64,000 nucleotides of DNA from Octopus vulgaris. Lineage: Eukaryota. The notes beneath the pieces are model-generated. The model ran no database searches, was not told the origin of the DNA, and saw only the letters and a program-made list of their open reading frames with translations. Shown piece by piece: positions 26,489 to 39,500 of this stretch (its first letter is position 1; the number at the start of each line of letters is the position of its first letter). Position numbers and translations under genes: made by a program. The DNA lies in NCBI GenBank assembly GCA_951406725.2, contig OX597824.1:65472001-65536000 (forward strand). The letters run 5' to 3'.

Positions 26489-29400
26489 TATGAATGTGTG
26501 TATGTTTGTATTTCATTGTGTTGTCATCACATGGTAGCTGTAATGAGCATCACTCTCATACAAGCAGTGTCATTCATTTCCAATATTCTGCATAAAAATG
26601 TCCAGCCAAAGGGAAATATTACCTTGCTTGGAAACAGAAAAGGTTAGCAGCAGGAAAGGCATTCAGCTGTAGAAAATCTACTTCAATAAATTCTTTTTGG
26701 CCTGTGCAGGCATGGAAAAGTAGATGTTAAAATGATGATAATGATGTATCATATTCTTTTGTTCATACTCTTTTTCTTTCTATTCATACAGAGATCAGCA
26801 CTTGCCTATCGCAACGATTCTTCGATGGATGGCGGTCTGAATCGAATGAACATCGGTATCTCAACGACCTCAACCACATCTCGTTCAACAAGTAAGACCA
26901 GTAGTGGTGGCCTGTACAAGGGAGATGATTACATGCGCAGCACAAACTCTTCCACTACGTCAGGCCATGCTCCTTCTATGTCCATGCATCCACCCAACAC
27001 TGGCATTCCTCCGTATGATTCCTATCACTTACCACCACCACCACCACCATCACTACCATTACATGACAACCACCACCCCGATGGTACGTCCCAATTACTG
27101 GTACCAATCCACGAGCGAGCTATCAGTGTCTCTTTCTCATTTAGTTTTCATTTCACAGTGTGTTTGAGATGTTGTGTATGTTGGGAAAGAAGAGGAAAAG
27201 AAAGCTGAATGTATGAGAGTGGAGATATATGTATGGGTGGAGTGATGACATGGTTGAACTGATACCAAGCTTGCTTTGCAATCATGAATGCATTTGCACC
27301 AACTCAACCCTTGGGAGTGAAATTAGGTAGACAGAAACTGAGTGGGAGACTGTCAGATGGACTGTACCTGTCACACTGTGTCTACCCATGAATTATGTTA
27401 AGGGTGCAACTGTCTGTGGAATTTTCTGCTACTAAATACAATGAATAGGTAGTTCCATTGATTAAGCAACTGGAATATTCATTATAGAAAAATGATACAA
27501 AATCTGTATGCTTCAATGTATGTTTGTCTGCTTGTGTGAAAGCTTGTATTTTGCTTCTTGGTGTGCTTGTTAATATAATATGATGTAAGTAAGGCTTTGT
27601 GCATATAAGTTTGTGTATATATGTACTTCTATGCTTGAATTTATTTGTGAGTGTGTCTCAGTAGAAGCTGTGTACTGTATACTTATTCATGTGTGTATGT
27701 ATGTGTGAAAGTGTGGTAACAACGATGGGGATGTCTGCATGAATGTATGTTATTTTATCTGTAGTTTTTACAAATGTATATGTGTGAATGTAACTTGACT
27801 TTCAGTATGGCTGGAGAGAAAGAGTACATAAGGTTACATTTTTGTTGCTTTTTTATTTACTTTTAACACCTTGTCACAATTCTTCACTTTCACTTCACAT
27901 CTTGCACTAGACTTTGCTTATATTTTATTCTACATCTTTAATGTCTGTATATTTCTCTATCTATTTATCTATTTATCAATCCATCTGGCTATTTATATCT
28001 GTCTGTTCATGTTTATTTTTATCTCTCATTCTATCTAACTGTCTTCTACTTTATCCTGTCTTCTGTTTCTTTCTATTTCTCAACATAGCTGTCCATTTAT
28101 TTGAGTAGGATGTCGTTCAATCACTTCTCCATCTGTCAGGCTCAGTTAAGACATAAATTAAACCAGCTTCAATTTAGGGTCACATAAGTTAAAGAAGCTT
28201 TTAAAATATCAGAAATTTTTCATTCATAACAGTTTTACTAAAATTATATTTAAGTTATAATATCATGCATTAACATTTATCAATTAGACTCAATTAGTTA
28301 ATCAAGATTGTTTTTCATTATTTTATAAATATTTTCTGATACAAATTTTTATTAGATTTATTTATACTTATAATTTCTTTTCTCAGTCTGTGTTATGTTA
28401 CATTATACCAACTTATGTTACCTTACATTTATTACATTGCTACATTTGATCAATTTTAAGTTTTCTAAATTTGTAAACTGATTGATTTCTTATGTTTTAT
28501 CAGTGTTAATCATGTAATGGTTTTTAAATTACTTTTCATTTTCTGGAAATTGTAAATTTATGAGAGTATCTTACTCCTGAAATAAAATACATTCCCTCAT
28601 TTGACTCATTAGGAATAAATTTCCAGCATTATTTTCCTATTGATGTTTTAAAAAATTTTAAAGGTGTACTCTTCCACTTTGTTGGATTTGTTATGCTCAT
28701 TGAGGGTATACCTACCAAGTTCACTTGTTACACAGCCTTATTCTATGTTAATTGCCAAATAGGGTTCTTGTAAGATCCCAGCTCTTAGGATAAAGGTTTC
28801 CAAACTGTGCCATCAAAACTATTTTTCCAATTATTTCCTGGTATGTCAAGAAATTAAGCCAAAGCTGATAAATTTTTTAGACTATTTAGCTTTGACTTAT
28901 ATTTGGGAAATGACAACTCTGCATACAATTTGACACAAGGCTGGTGACAATTAATGTGTCTTGAAAATGATTATTTAAAAAAAAATGTATTGTCAATGTA
29001 AAAAAGTTTGGAAAGCTCTGGCTCAGGGAGTCATATTCAAATCTGGTTCATCCACTTGCCACTCCACCTGACCTGTTCCTTTAGAGATCTTTGTTTTAAA
29101 ATCTGTCTGTTCAGCTGCCTGGCCTTTTTTATGCTCAATTACTTAATCATCCACCTGTTCTTCTGAACATATGTACTGTTATAGTTTTCTCTTCATTTTG
29201 ATTCAGCTTTTGAATCATCTTTTATGGCAAATTGATAAATAAACATAGTTACTGTTCTCATTAAGCCCTGATTCGACAGACTTATGGTTAAAGGCATTCT
29301 AGCCAAGACCATCCTATATTTCCACAGACATAATGCACCTAGCACCAGAACTGGCTCTAGGTATGACTTTACTTCAAGTAAATTGAATTTCAATGCTCTT

Positions 29401-31174
29401 ACAAATATATCTTTTAATATTTTCTCAAGGATTAAAACCTGGAAGCACAGGAACAAAGATTTTATTTCATAACTTCCCGAAATGTCAGAATATTCTTCCG
29501 TTCATTATAATTTTCTTATAATTTATAGTAATTTATAAGTAATTATATAAGTATTGGCTTAAAGTAAATAACCTAATTTATCAAGTACAATAAAAGCTCA
29601 AATATTTTTCTCTTTTCTTTACAATTTTAATAACCCATTGCCTTATATCGTATTTTCTCTCAAGTCCTTATCATTGTTAATGTTTTTGGTGATTTCTCTC
29701 AATTTTCATTTAAATCACATTCTCAATTACATCATTGTTTTCCTTGTCATCATCATCATCATCACTGTCATCATCATTATTCTCTTTTCACAGTTTTAGT
29801 CAAGTAATGTTTAAGCAGCTTACTAAAGAAAAGAAGTCCTTACAAAATTTGCCATGAGATGTGAACTCATTTCAATGAACTTGAAGACATCCATATATAC
29901 ACTGATTTTCACTTACTTTCTCTTTCATTCTCTTTTTATCTACTAGATGTTAATCACACCTTCTGTTCCTCAGTCTCTCTCCTTTTCCATCAACTACTCT
30001 CTTGGAAGGCAAGAGAGAGAAATGTACATTCACTGCTTTATGAAGTGCAGGTCTCAAATTCCTTAAGCTGAATTTCTTATAATTTATAAATAGATAAAAT
30101 ACCAAAATTGTTATTTTACATTATTTTTTTCATATATTTTTTTCATGCTGGCATGGGTTGGATGGGTCTCACAGCATCTCTCTACTATTCACAGTCATTT
30201 TTTGTCTGGCATACACAGATAGAGAAAAAAAACTGGTTTACTCTGTTGCAATCTATATCATGTTATTTTTGGTATGATTTTTATAACTGGATGACCTTCC
30301 TATCACAAACCACTTTACAACATCAACTAAATATATTTTATCTGGCTCCAAGCACTAGAGAGGTTTCTATGGCAAGATTAAGCAGTCTTCTCTGCTCTTC
30401 CTCTGTTTGTTGTAAAAGATGAAAATTATTAAATTCAATCTTATGAATAAAATAGACTATGCTTATGGTTTGTCATATTCACTGCTTGCTACTTGAACAG
30501 CTAAAGCACAAAGTTTGTATGTAAGTGTAAAATGACACCAAGCATTATGAAATATGGCCATGGTGTAATTTTGATCTTTGAAAATATTGTGATATTTTGT
30601 TGGTTGATATGCATAATTGAAACCACTAAATGATGCCAGTATTTGCTCAGTTGACATGGGCAATAAAACTTGCATAATTTTAACTATGGTTAATATATTT
30701 CTTCTATTTTTTCTTCTCAAACTTAGTATTTATATTTTCTTATTCAGATTTTATAATATCACTTGGCTTAAACACATGGGAAGATATTGAAAAATTTCAT
30801 ATTTCAACCATAGTTATTATATTGTAGTTTCCTGTATATATATGTATGTGTGTGTGTGTGTGTGTGTGGCTCAGAACAGTTTGATTCAAATTCATTGGTA
30901 CTCTTGAGTTTCAAGTGTGATGCTAATCTTCAGCCATTTTCAAATTCAAAATGGAATCAGTATTATATAGTGTGTAACAAGGCTGGCCCTTTTAATTACA
31001 GGTATAGTCCAGTAAATAGGCTTCTGCACAGTTTCTGTCTAACCATTTTCACTTACAAAATTTGGATAGGCTCAAGTTGCCCACTTTTACATAGTGGAAT
31101 TACATGATTGCAAAGCGAACTTCTTAACCATTCTGCCATGTGCCTCTATTATATAGAATGTGTGTGTGTGTGTA

Positions 31175-31236
<62 letters not shown>

Positions 31237-33474
31237 TTCATAGAACCTTGTGGAAATCACAGAAAGCTTCTCTAGTGAACATGGCTACCATACCACATAA
31301 TATTCCTATAAGTAGGAGTATACTGTAGAGTCCTGTGCAGCAAAAATCCAGGAGATGCAATCCATGAAATTATTTCATGAGGAGTGTGTGTGTGTGTGTA
31401 TAAAGTAATTATGTGCATGGTGTAGCCTAGTGGTTAGGGTGTTGCACTCATAATCTCAAGGTCATTGTTTTATTTCCCAGACCAGCAGTGCATTGTGTTC
31501 TTGAGCAAAACATTTTATTTCACATTTCCCCAGTCCACTCAGCTGCAAATGGGCAATCCTGCAATGAACTGGAATTCCATTCAAGGGGAATCTTGGCCTG
31601 CCTGCCAGCACAGTGGCATAATTCAAAAGCTACAATGTGAGGAAGTGCATTGTAACCAGAAGTGTATAGTAACATCCAATAGTTGGGTGATACAAGTTAT
31701 ACTTGTATTATTGTTGCTATAGTTTTATCATCAGCAGGCTGCCAGAATCGTTACTATGGTGGGCAAAATGCTTAGCAGCATTTTGTCCTCCTTGACGTTC
31801 TGATTTCAAGTTCTGCTGAGATCATTTTGCATATCATCCTTTCGGGGTTGATAAATTTAGTACCAGTTGAGACTGGGGTTGGTATAATTCCTTGCCCCCA
31901 AATTTCAGTCCTTGTGCCTATAGTAGAAAGGATTATTATTATCATTATTTACAAAACTTTAATGGATATATATATATATATACATACATACACACACACA
32001 TTCATACATGTGTGTGACTGCATATATATGTATGCGTGTATATATATATATGTACAAACGTTAAGGCGACGCAAACATCTCACTACTTGAGATGTTTGCT
32101 TTGCCTTAATGTTTGTTGTCCTATTTAACAATTATATATACGCTGCATTGGAAATCTGCCATGCTCCATAACTACGGCTTCAGCTATAACCTTGGAGCCC
32201 TAGCAATCCGTTACAGTACTCACCTAGCATACCTAATTGTTTAGATCACCTGTGAACTAAACCTCCATATTTTGTATATAATATGTATATATAATAACTC
32301 AATTGCAGCGTGGAAGGTGTTTGTAAGCCATTTAAGAAACACACAAAAGCTGTTCGATTCACTTCAACATTTAAGTTTAATTTGTCAAAATATTTTCGTT
32401 GCATTAAGACTGCGACCTGTTCACTGACAAAAATCCGTGCAGCACATGATCTCAGATCAAATCACTTGCTATGCAAGTACATCTCCGTAATATATAATAA
32501 CTATTCCACCAGCATTCCTCATTTTTAAACCTTTGGATATGGTTTTATCTCATGACCGTCAGAACGATCCTTCTTGCAGATAGCTGCTGATGTTGTGCTA
32601 TTGTGGGTGATATATATATACCATTCTGGCACAATCAACGTTCATTTTGTATTACAATTTGGAGGCTTAGAGGCTATCTCCTGTTCATTGAAAGCAAAGG
32701 TAAAGCTTCGATGTGATCTGTCCGTACCACAGATCTAGGGGAGACTACTCTTCTTGTCAATTTTTCTACTATGCATGTGAGTATATATGTATGTATGTAT
32801 GTATGTATGTGTGTGTATGTATGTGTGTGTGTATGTATGTGTGTATGTATGTATGTAAGTACGTACGTATATGTGTGTGTGTGTGTATGTATGCATGTGT
32901 GTGTGTGTAGTAATACAGAATCACATTATCATACACTAATATTATGACATAAAACTTCATTAATCTAAGACAGTAGAAACACTATTAATCTTGAGTGAAA
33001 TCTAAATTTAATTACAAAACTATCTCCAAAATTAACTAGTCTTCTCCAAGCATATCAGCATGTATATGAACACACATGCATGGAAGCACAGACCTATATG
33101 CACTCTCTTATACAAAATTTATTGCAACACATATGCTTCACTGATATAAATTGTCACCTCACTATTCAGGCCATGTTGATAAATGAATAACACTGTGTCA
33201 CTTTCTAATACCTGAAAAATGTATTGAAAATCCATTTCATGCCTAATCAGCTCCTTGTACAGATGACTCCTATATATGAGGTTTCCTGATTGACTCTCTA
33301 ATTGTAGCCAAACAGCCTGGCATGATGCTGTTGTCTCTTTGTTGTCCTGCATGTTTTGGTATCCTTCAGCCAGTTTGTTTGATATGTCAACATGTGATAG
33401 CAAGTGATACAGTTTGATATGTCAACATGTGATAGCAGTAAAATGAGTGATATGGTTTGATATGCTAACAAGTG

Positions 33475-33511
<37 letters not shown>

Positions 33512-36500
33512 TTTGATATGTCATGGGATAGCAAGTGATACAGTTTGATATGTCAACATGTTGTAGCCAGTGATACAGTTCAATATGTCAACATGTGGTT
33601 GCAAGAGACAGTGTTTGATGTGTGAATATGTTGTAGTGGTATATAGTATATGCAAATATGTGATACATGGATACAGTTTGGTTTGTTAATGTATTATGTA
33701 TCAAGTGATACAATGATATTCTTTAACCATTTAGCATTCTGATTACTCTGTCAAATTGTTTTATTAATTAATCATGCATTATCTTGTAGCTTTGAGATTC
33801 CAATGATATAATTGTATATTTTTTAAATGATATTGTAGGGTAGGTGTGAGAAACCAGATCTTGCCAGTTTTAACATAAAACAGGTAGAATACTTGGGTTG
33901 GATATGGCCAGTTTAAACGCTAAAGGGTTAATATATAATGTGAAAGCAAATGATGCATTGTTACACTTTTTCTATGTCAACTTAATGATAACAAATTCAA
34001 CATTTTAGCTCACCTTATACATTAAGTCAAATAGTGTATTTAAAAATGTTATTAGGTATATTTTAGCCTTTAGATAAAAATTATGTAAAAAGCATTAAAT
34101 AATTAGTTCTTTATTAAGTAAATGAAATGTAGCATTTCAGTTTTCCCATTTCTTTTTATTATTTTTATGGCTCACCTGGCTACATCGTTGCACACCTGTG
34201 TGCCTCAGCAAACTACCATTCTCTAAGTTACTTAATTTTCTAACTGTTTAGATTTTGGTTTGTCATAACAAATACAGAACTCTTCTGGTTAAAAAATTAC
34301 CCATGCCAGCACTAGTATAATTATACTCAAAGAACCATTTTCTCCAGAACTATTTGCATGTAGCTATAAACTAACTTCATGCCCAATGGTCAAGGTTATG
34401 CATCCTTCATGGCACAGATTCATCAATAGCATTTCATGGGATCTTCTTGATTTATTTTTTGTTTTTTTTTATAGTTTTCTTTTCTTCTCTTTTACATTTG
34501 CTTGTTTTGTTTATTTCTATAAGTGTGTGTGTGGTTGTGAGTAATGTGATTGTCAGTAATGTTTGCTGTTATAGTGTTCATGTTGAAAGTATAAAATAAA
34601 ACAATACTGCTATGTTTTGTATGTGTACCTTATATATATATAGTATGTTTTTTTTTCTTTTTTTATACATTAATTTTGAATTTGTACCTCTGTTCTCTGT
34701 ACATGCTTGTAATCTATGTCCAGTTGTTATTGACATTGTTTTTTTTTTGTTGTTGTTGTTGCTAATATAAATGTTCTAGAAAATAATTAAATTTAATGAG
34801 GTATAAAATAATTTTAATGATGTTTTAGGTTTCTGCATTGTAGAATTTCATATTAGCATAATTAGAAATATGTATTTTCAATTTGGTATTGGCTTTTCAA
34901 ATATGCAAATTACTTTAAGTATTTTGTAAAATAGTCCTGGACTATAAGGTCAATTAATTAAATACTATTTTGATTTTGATGAGGAATGAAAAATAATGGT
35001 ATTTTCTAAATGACTAGAAGTTCTCTCTGAAGGAGGTTGGCTTTTACAGTTTTTTAATTCTCATGTTAATAAATCCTTTTTTATATTACCAATAGAATTA
35101 TTGAAGTACTGTTAGTAGCAACTGTATTCAAAGGAGTAGTATTGAATTGTATTCAAAGGAGACAAAAACAGCAATGCTCTAACAAGTTCACATGCCTTCA
35201 CGTTTATAGATATGAGTAAAAGATTTTTATATGTTCTTGCTGCAGCCTAAATAAATATTCAGTGAAGGGAAAGCTAAAAACAATGTTCAATCAAAATTAA
35301 TTACATCTTTAATATTTTTGATAGTAAGACTGTCCCTGTTTTAAGTGATGCCTTTCCTGTTTTAAGTGATGCTCTTTCATTACCATAGTTCTGTTGAAAT
35401 ACACTGCCTCTGTTTCATTTAATTCTGAAAATAACGAATTTTGGAAAATAACATTGTTATTATTAAGCTGGTGCATGAAGCATAAATTAATAAGGAATTT
35501 TGATGTAGGGCTTTAATTTAGGTGACATGTTTTAAAACAAGAAGTTTCTATCATAGAAGCAGGGGTGGTCTCAAGTGGGCTGTTATCAAAAGGGTTAAAA
35601 TCTTCCATCAAAATTCATGTTAATTTATGTTTCACACATCAGCTTAAAAAGGACAAAGCTATTTTGCTAAATTCATCATTTAAAAAAAAAATTAATTGAA
35701 ACGAAGCAGTGATTTACTACAAAAATATAAGAAAAGTAGCCCTAAAACGGTTAAATAATTATTGTTAAAGACAGTTCCTGTCAAAGGAGACAATTACAAA
35801 ATCCAGATTCATTAAATATTGAATGTTGGTGTGTAGTGGTAGTGAGGAAGTTTGAACTTCAGTTTGTATAGTGACAACTTCATATGTTTTAATGTTATTG
35901 GACAAAGTGTTGGTAGTCTTACCTGTACTTACCAGACCTAAGAATGATCAAGGGAATAAATATATTCTGTGTGAAAAAAGAAACTAAAATAAAAAAACTT
36001 ACTGATTGTTTCACTATCGTCACCATCAGCTAATGTCCACTCTCCATGCTGGCATGGGTTAGATGGTTTGACTGGAGCTGATGATCTGCAGAGTTGCACC
36101 AGGCTGCAGTCTGATTTGATTTGGTTTCTACAGCTGGATGTCCTTCTTAATGCCAACCATTCTAAGAGTGTAATGGGTGCTTTTATGTGCCACTGGCATG
36201 GGTGTCATTTGCATAACACCAGCAACAACCATGACTATGATTCACAGGTGGGTGCCATTTACATGGCACCGGCAACTACGGCTACAATGCACAGGTGCCA
36301 TTTACATGGCACCAGCAGTGATCATGACTATGATTCATGGGTGCTATTTGCATGGCACCAGCAATGACTACAACTCACGGTTGCCATTTACATGGCACCA
36401 CCAATGACCATGATTCCTGGGTGCCAATTTACATAGCACCGTTGATGACCATGACTACAATGCATGGGTGCCATTTATATGACACTGGCATCGACCATGA

Positions 36501-39500
36501 TGATTCACAGGTGCCATTTACATGGTACCATCAGCGACCACAACTACAATGCATAAGTGTTATTTACATGGCACCAGCAGTGACCACAACTATGATTCAC
36601 TGGTGCCATTTACATGGCACTGCCAACAACCATGACTATGAGGCATGGGTGCCATTTACATGACACCGGTACTGTCACAACTATGATTACACCTGGTCTG
36701 ATGAGTCTTCTCACATGCAGCATATTGCCAGAGCTCTCGGTCACTTGTCATCACCTGTGTGAGGCCCAACGTTTGAAGAATATGCTTCACCACCTCGCCC
36801 CAATATTCTTCCTAGGTCTACCTCTTCCACAGGTTCCCTTCACAGTTAGAGATCAGCACTTCTTTACACAGATGTCCTTGTCCATACACATCATATGACC
36901 ATACCAATGTAGCTGTCTCTCTTGCACACCACATCTGATGCCTCTTATGCCCAGCTTTTCTCTCAAGATGCTTACACTCTGTTGTACATGCACACTGACA
37001 TTGCACATCCAGCAAAGCATACTAGCTTTTCTTTCACGCCTACGCATGTCCCCATTGGTCACAGCCCATATTTCACTGCCATGTAGCATAGCTGTTCACA
37101 TACAAGCTATATCTATTGCTTTGTGATTCTTCAACCATTGAACTATCAATTATTTTCCTTTCATGTTTTGGGAAGGTAAATCACATCACAACTTCATATT
37201 TCTTCATATTGTTCTCATAAATCTGAGACCCCTGAGCCAGTGAGAGATTCTCCATGCAGTCATTGGCTTGCTAGAAATAGCACTTAATCTCCCTTGTGTC
37301 ATACTCTACCATTTTAACCCTTTTCATACTAACCTACTTGGTTCTATGATAGAAAATTTTGATTGTAAAGTTAATAATAATGTCAAAATTATTTTAACAA
37401 ATTCTTTGTTATTTTCAAAATTAATTTAAGCAATAGCAGTTTATTTCAACATAAATATGGTAGCAAAAGGGTTTAAGAAGATGGACATACAGAATAATGT
37501 AGTCTTTGCAAATAACATGGAATGATCATTGCAGGAATGTCTTTGATGAGAATTGACCTGAGACTAAGATCATAGAAATATAACAATACAATGAAATGAA
37601 ATACTGAAAGCCTAATTTACAGGAATATATGTCATTGTTAGCCACATATCAAACTTAGCTCTGTAATGATGACTCATTGGATAGAGTAATATTAGACTAT
37701 AATTGATCTGGTTTAAATTTTAATTAGAAACTAAGTTCAAACTGCTAACAGAAAAGAAATATCAACCTGCTTTGTTGAAATTTCTTCAGATCCAGATACA
37801 GGTGAAAAGACAACCAATTTAAAACCTGATTCTGACTCAGACAGTGATGATTCTGATGAGCATGCTAGCCTGGAGCTGGCCTCCAGCCATTCATCAGATG
37901 ATGAAGATTTGGAGGATGAACCCAAATGGGAAATGCCTAAGAACAAGAAAGTTGGTGAGTGTTCAGACATTAATGATTATTCATTTTCTTCTAATTTATT
38001 ATCATATATTGTATTTGATCTGTATTTTAACATTGCCCCAATACTCATCATTATTACTACTACTTTGATTGTAGAGGTTGTGAAAGTTGTTTGTAATCTT
38101 GAAAGCCTTTTTAAACATTTGGGTGAGCTCTCCTGGAATCATTTTCATGTTTCTCTCTTCATTTGGGTTATGTGAATTATTTATTCCTTATTCCTGTGTC
38201 TTTTGCAGAAGAAGCAAGAGAGCAAGCTCGAAAAATGAACAAAAAAGAGAAAGAGAAATCACCAGGTTCATTTAAAGGTGTGACATCAAACTTTTACTTT
38301 TTCACTTCGTTTTTATTGTTTGTCATTATTGTTTAGTTCCCACATTAGCCCTGATCAAAATCTATGATCAATCATCTATAAACATTACAATTGAATCTAA
38401 GAAAATGCATATTAATCCTCTTGCTTTCAGATTTTTGTCAATTTTTTTTGTGCTGTTGGATCATTTAAGCAAAATTAAACATTTTAAATTTTTAAGCAAG
38501 GTTTTATTTTACAGCTTCTTCATGAAAGCCCTTTAACTGAATTAGGTGATACAACCATTTTCAGTTGGGTCTTGTTGAGAAGTACAGTGCTACATCTGCA
38601 GAATTTAGTATAAACAGTCTGAAGTATTATGTTGGACATTGGAAAACAAGGAAAAATGTGATAAAATTGAAGATAACTTTGCATAAATTAGTTCCTAATG
38701 CCATAGAATTTTCTCAAACAAGTTATAGTAGCAAACATATGACAAGTAATATTCTAGTTGTAAAATAATCAGTACAGAGAAGAGTAAATTAATGGATATT
38801 AAAACAAAAGTTTTAAATTACAAAGTAGATTAAATTTTTAAAACCAGTAAATCAATAATATAAATAAGCAATGAAAGAAAATATTGTTCACATAGATTAA
38901 GAATATTTACACATGCCTCAACAGGTACTTGTGAAGACTTGTTGAGGCAAGTGAAAATCAAAATCGTAATCAATCAACATCAATGGAATTTGTAGCTGTG
39001 ATACCAGTGCCGGTGGCACATAAGAGAACCATCTGAACGTGGCCGTAGCCAGCACTGCCCTGACTGGCCTCTTTGCCCGTGGCACGTAAAAAGCACCATC
39101 TGATCGTGGCCGTTCCCAGCCTTGTCTGGTCTCCATGCCGGTGGCACGTAAAAAGCACCATCCGATCGTGGCCATTTGCCAGCCTCATCTGGCACCTGTG
39201 CTGGTGGAATGTAAAAAGCACTCACTACACTCGTGAGTGTAGTGGGTGCTTTTTACATTCCATCGGATGGTGCTTTTTACGTGCCACCGGCATGGAGACC
39301 AGACGAGGCTGGGAACGGCCACGATCAGATGGTGCTTTTTACGTGCCACGGGGAAAGAGGCTAGTCAGGGCAGTGCTGGCTACGGCCACATTCAGATGGT
39401 TCTCTTATGTGCCACCGGCACTGGTATCACAGCTACAAATTCCATTGATGTTGATTGATTACAATTTTGATTTTCACTTGCCTCAACAAGTCTTCGCAAG

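Noticed and set aside
27806-27831. Possible alternative terminal exon (ttcag|TA TGG CTG GAG AGA AAG AGT ACA TAA)
   Set aside because: Only an acceptor-like site, with no homology support.
36197-36690. CRISPR-like array of palindromic 20-bp repeats
   Set aside because: The spacers are homologous to each other, the repeats are degenerate, the context is a eukaryotic LINE 3' UTR and there are no cas genes; it is a minisatellite.
36697-36710. CTGATGAG hammerhead core
   Set aside because: No stem II or GAAA partner; part of the RTE sequence.
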